A stretch of 16,615 bases of DNA, taken from Acaryochloris marina S15. Lineage in GTDB: Bacteria > Cyanobacteriota > Cyanobacteriia > Thermosynechococcales > Thermosynechococcaceae. The stretch's first letter is position 1, and every line of letters starts with the position of its first letter. The notes beneath the pieces are model-generated. The model saw nothing but the letters and a program-made list of their open reading frames with translations, was not told the DNA's origin and did no database searches. This document shows positions 13,042-16,615 of the stretch, one piece after another. The stretch lies in contig NZ_CP064922.1 of the NCBI RefSeq assembly GCF_018336915.1, positions 1-16,615 of the forward strand. Reading direction: 5' to 3'. The position numbers and the translations under genes were made by a program.

Positions 13042-16000
13042 TCATCTCCCTAGTGAAAATCCTTCTTGTCTTATTGAATAACTAATCTGTTGCTCCACTG
13101 ACCGCACACTCGCATTAATCCGTTGATAATCATCAGCTCTAACATCCAACTGCCGCACCTCCAAAATTCCACCAGACTGCCTCATATCAATGGTCTGAAA
13201 AATTGGCTGCTCCATATCATTACGGAATAGTCTCACCCGTTGACTTTCAGACTCAAATCGATAGCGTTGGCCTTGAAAGACGCGCACACCATCTTCCTCA
13301 ACCCCAAACCGATCTAAAATCTTCACACAATTGGCATACAACCCATAAGCCAACTTCAGCTGCTGCAATCGGTCCTGCACATCAGGTTCTTGTAAATGCA
13401 CTACCTTCTCCCGCATCAACTGAGTCTTGGGAGCTTCATCCCACTGTTGATAAATATCCTTCTCCTGCTGCCGCTCTTGCAGCTGTCCCTGCAACTGACG
13501 TAAGGTTCCCTCCACATACCCCAATTGTTGTCTAGATTCCTGCAACAGTTGTCGCTTCGCCTCAATAACCTCTGGCCTTTCTCCACCCCAATTAAACAAA
13601 GACCGCTGTGGCGTCATCTCCTCTAGCTCTTGCTGCTGTTCTCGACAAGAAACCACCAAATCAGATCGCTGCTCTGCCATATACCTCACCTGCCACTGTA
13701 GGTCCTTACCTACTTCAGGATCAGGGGGTTCAGGATGGGCTTGCTGTAGCCATGTCTTCACGTCCCGCTGCAACATCAACAACTCTGCATCCCTCTGTGC
13801 TGAAAACGTTGGCTCTGTAACCACCAAATCCTGAGCATTCTCCTGCCCCCTCGACCGTTCAGCACTCAATCCCAATGCTTGCCGGTCTACAGTCACAATC
13901 TCTAGCTCAGTTTTGGCTCTAGAGAGAGCTACATAGGTCTGCTCTTTCCCTGGATTCTGCCCCGGTGCCCAGATCGCTTCCTGGGCCGTCCATCCTTGAG
14001 CTGCATGAACCGTCCGGCAATAGGCATAGTCCACATGCACCAGCTGGTCAGACATTAACGTCTCGAACTTCCCTCGCGTATTAATCGAGATCGTCCCGTC
14101 CTGATTGAAAGAATCAATCGTCAACAGCTGACCATTGATCTGCCCCCACTCCCGATGATTCCGGGTAAACCTTAATCGGTCCCCGACCCGTAACTCCAAC
14201 TCTTGAGTAGAAAAGACCTCTCGGTCTTTGTATTTATCCAATAAACAATCTTTAATATCACCAAAGCGATCTTGCAGTTGCAGCTGGTCTCCTGTAACTT
14301 CAATCACCCGATAGAAAGGTTCAGAAAATCGCTTCGTAGACCGTCGAAAACGCACCACATCTCCAACTTCGTAGTTGTAAGCCTGGGAGATCGCCTGCTT
14401 ATCTAATTTCTTCGGATGCAGCATCTCTATATCTTGGGCTTCAGCTCCCAAGGTTTGACGGTCAATATAAGCTGACCGAATCAAATTAGTGATGTCTCGC
14501 CGGTCCTGATTCGTATCGCAGATGATTAGTGTCTGTACCTGTCGCTCATGGGGTCGGGATAGATATCTCTGGGCTACTCCATGATTGCGAGTCTTCAATA
14601 TCGGAATCTCTTGTACACAGCCATGACTATCTAATAGCTCTAGCGCTGTCTGAGTCTGTTGCTCTGCTGCTAGGTCTACGGCTTCCTTTAACTGCGGGGT
14701 CACCTGTCGCAGATTCTCATCAATGGTTACGGTCTTGAGCTGAGAACGCTCCTGCAATAATCGGAAGGGTGCGCCTGCTTGCACTGCATTCAATTGCTTT
14801 ATATCTCCCACTAAGATCAATCGGCTATTCAGGTCTTTAGCTTTCTCAATCAAGGCCACCATTTGCTGAGTGGAGAGCATTCCAGCTTCATCAATCACTA
14901 AAGTTTCTTCTCGTTGCAGCTGCTCATTCGGCATCAACAGGTAACGGTCTACTGTACCTGATACCATCCCAATTTCTTGCCCCAATACTTCCGCTGCTGC
15001 TGCGCTGGGCGCTAGCCCTCTCAATTTTGATTGAGCAGTGTTGTCTAAAGCCCCTCTAAAAGCAGATAAGGTATAGGTCTTTCCTACTCCAGCATTGCCT
15101 TGTAATAAAGTAATCAGATCTGTACTTATTCCAAGATGCAATAACCCATTTGTTTGACCAGTATTGAGATTCTTCTCTGCTGAGGTTGCTCTCACCTGTT
15201 CCGGTGTTATCAAAGCAGCTTTAGAATCTCGACCTTCATTAGCAGAATCCAGAATTATCTGCTCTCGATGAATTGCTCTATGAGTTGTTAAGCGACCATC
15301 TTCTGTAGGAATTAATTCCTGAGACTGATCTAATGCTTGCTCTATCTCTATTGGTGAATAAAAGGCTTGAGCATGGCGTAGACAATCTTGTAATAATCTA
15401 GGTCGTGAAACAGCTACTTGTTGTGCTGTAGCACTCTCAATTGCATCATCAATGACTCTCTGGATACTGCCAGGATGTGCAGTTTGCTTATAAGCTTGCT
15501 CTAACTCTTGATGGGGCTGGGGATGAATAATGTTGAGTTCAGTACTAGTTTTTTGCCAGTTCTGTCGCTGTAGATCACGATCTGCTGGAATTAGTTTATG
15601 CACCTTCGCGACTCGACTGTCTAAACAAGCTATCTGCTTTTGATGCTCTGTTGCTTGTTCAATCGGAATATTCTGTTGCTCTAAGTAAGCTCGGATATCT
15701 TGCCGTCTGCTGCTAAAAGACTCTAGTTGTTCTGGTTCATAGCCTTGGATTTCGAAGGTATGGTCACCAGTCCAGTCAATCTCAAAGTCTTGCTTCTGTA
15801 GTTGACGAGCAAAGGTATGGTCATAGTAAGCACCGATAGTCTTCTTCTGGTTAAAAAGCTCTCGACTATCTAAAGTTCTTGATTTCCCATCGGCACATAG
15901 GGTCTGATTGAGAATCACAACATGGGTGTGTAGCTGTGGTTCTTGGTTGCGGTTATCATCATGTTCAAATAGGGCAAACTGTCCTTGCTTGGTTTGCTCA

Positions 16001-16398
16001 CTGATGACTTTCCTCTGTTGTTTGACTTGGGCAAAGATGCAGTGCTCTTCTATATAGTTGACAGTTGCATTGACGGCTTGGCGATGGGCCTCTAGTACTC
16101 TTTGATCTTGATCTACTAATCCCTTGATAGATGCAGACTTACTAGCTGACAGGGTAATATCCCATCCGGCCCTACTATTCTTTTGCTGTCGTCTTAAAGC
16201 TTTATTGTTGCTGTCTTTGCCATGACAAGCTTGTTGCCATTGCTCAGCGGTGATGCTTCCGGTTAGATTTTGGTGTTCTGAGAATTGTCCTTGCCATTGG
16301 GAGTTCTCTAGTCCATCCCCTTGACTGTAGTAATTATCCTTAGAGTGATAGGTCTCTAAGGCTTTAGCATTCATCGGTTTGCTGATGCTAGCAACCAT
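13042..16398 (-). CDS. MOBF-family relaxase-helicase (TrwC/TraI/TraA-like) with Gln-rich coiled-coil C-terminal extension
   Basis: N-terminal relaxase motifs are ETYHSKDNYYSQG (Tyr region), WDITLSASKSASI and FEHDDNRNQEPQLHTHVVILNQT (3-His motif, close to TrwC FRHETSRERDPQLHTHAVILN). The RecD-like helicase shows LLQGNAGVGKTYTL (Walker A), LVIDEAGML (Walker B), LILVGDIKQL, TVHAAQGW and YVALSRAK. The last ~270 aa are Q/E/R-rich. Confidence 0.95.
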   Translation of the reverse strand: MVASISKPMNAKALETYHSKDNYYSQGDGLENSQWQGQFSEHQNLTGSITAEQWQQACHGKDSNNKALRRQQKNSRAGWDITLSASKSASIKGLVDQDQRVLEAHRQAVNATVNYIEEHCIFAQVKQQRKVISEQTKQGQFALFEHDDNRNQEPQLHTHVVILNQTLCADGKSRTLDSRELFNQKKTIGAYYDHTFARQLQKQDFEIDWTGDHTFEIQGYEPEQLESFSSRRQDIRAYLEQQNIPIEQATEHQKQIACLDSRVAKVHKLIPADRDLQRQNWQKTSTELNIIHPQPHQELEQAYKQTAHPGSIQRVIDDAIESATAQQVAVSRPRLLQDCLRHAQAFYSPIEIEQALDQSQELIPTEDGRLTTHRAIHREQIILDSANEGRDSKAALITPEQVRATSAEKNLNTGQTNGLLHLGISTDLITLLQGNAGVGKTYTLSAFRGALDNTAQSKLRGLAPSAAAAEVLGQEIGMVSGTVDRYLLMPNEQLQREETLVIDEAGMLSTQQMVALIEKAKDLNSRLILVGDIKQLNAVQAGAPFRLLQERSQLKTVTIDENLRQVTPQLKEAVDLAAEQQTQTALELLDSHGCVQEIPILKTRNHGVAQRYLSRPHERQVQTLIICDTNQDRRDITNLIRSAYIDRQTLGAEAQDIEMLHPKKLDKQAISQAYNYEVGDVVRFRRSTKRFSEPFYRVIEVTGDQLQLQDRFGDIKDCLLDKYKDREVFSTQELELRVGDRLRFTRNHREWGQINGQLLTIDSFNQDGTISINTRGKFETLMSDQLVHVDYAYCRTVHAAQGWTAQEAIWAPGQNPGKEQTYVALSRAKTELEIVTVDRQALGLSAERSRGQENAQDLVVTEPTFSAQRDAELLMLQRDVKTWLQQAHPEPPDPEVGKDLQWQVRYMAEQRSDLVVSCREQQQELEEMTPQRSLFNWGGERPEVIEAKRQLLQESRQQLGYVEGTLRQLQGQLQERQQEKDIYQQWDEAPKTQLMREKVVHLQEPDVQDRLQQLKLAYGLYANCVKILDRFGVEEDGVRVFQGQRYRFESESQRVRLFRNDMEQPIFQTIDMRQSGGILEVRQLDVRADDYQRINASVRSVEQQISYSIRQEGFSLGR

Positions 16399-16504
16399 AT
16401 GGTCTTTGAGATCTATAGTTTAGGATTCTTTAGGTTTACTAACTATCAGTAAGTTATGTGTAATTTATTTCTTTACGGGGTTTATTGATTGTACTTGATT
16501 CCTT

Positions 16505-16535
16505 CCTACTGCCGCGTAGCGGGTAAGTCTGAATC
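16505..16535 (+). other. Candidate oriT nick region (small hairpin followed by GTAAGTCT)
   Basis: It lies upstream of the relaxase. TAC-tg-CCGC-gta-GCGG-g-TA is an interrupted hairpin, followed directly by GTAAGTCT|GA. From memory this resembles the R388 arrangement, where the IR2 arm is followed by GTATTGTCT|AT. A second hairpin AATCAC-tcttt-GTGATT lies at 16531-16547. This is speculative. Confidence 0.3.
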
Positions 16536-16615
16536 ACTCTTTGTGATTGTTTGTAAATGACTAGGTTTGTTCTTCAGGTTTCTCTAAATTTCACTGTAGG
16601 ATGCAAGTATGATCC

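Noticed and set aside
13203-14738. Three + strand ORFs (13203..13535, 13608..13820, 14529..14738) inside the relaxase gene
   Set aside because: They are antisense to a long, motif-rich relaxase CDS. Their products are Pro/Ala/Ser-rich low-complexity mirror translations with no start context.
1-16615. Search for CRISPR arrays, tRNA/rRNA genes, reverse transcriptase/retron or group II intron signatures, and HIP1 (GCGATCGC) enrichment
   Set aside because: I noticed no regularly spaced direct repeats, no cloverleaf-like or rRNA-like segments, no RT motifs, and no GCGATCGC sites while reading. Absence is by eye only and should be confirmed with tRNAscan-SE, Infernal and CRISPR finders.

Overview
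This 16.6-kb window reads as a small mobilizable plasmid-like replicon. It may be the whole circle, because neither end cuts a gene. The protein families suggest a cyanobacterial host, but that is inference only.

Backbone:
- A TrwC/TraI-type (MOBF) relaxase-helicase (13042-16398, -).
- A small DNA-binding-like protein plus a TraL-like ParA-family ATPase (15-1233, +).
- A winged-helix Rep-like protein (2437-3471, -).
- A type Ib parA plus ribbon-helix-helix partner operon, bracketed by TTCGCCAA-containing motifs (3860-4890).
- A serine recombinase with an adjacent res-like site (8236-8975).

Accessory load:
- A DUF4258 / YgiT-zinc-finger toxin-antitoxin-like pair.
- An intact addiction-module antidote gene next to a visibly decayed killer gene.
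- A tyrosine-integrase fragment.
- Two MITE-like insertions, one of which splits a small membrane-protein gene exactly in frame.
- A 55-bp perfect palindrome.

Two candidate undescribed systems stand out:
1. 10497-12946 (-): a 134-aa protein translationally coupled (TAATG) to a 681-aa fusion. The fusion has an intact caspase-like C14 protease domain, a divergent class III cyclase-like domain and a Gly-loop Rossmannoid C-terminal domain. The module lies directly downstream of the relaxase and next to a graveyard of mobile-element scars.
2. 5521-7092 (-): a very AT-rich four-gene operon with overlapping start/stop codons that includes an HNH nuclease.

No rRNA, tRNA or CRISPR array was seen. All homology statements are by-eye motif recognition and need profile or structure searches.
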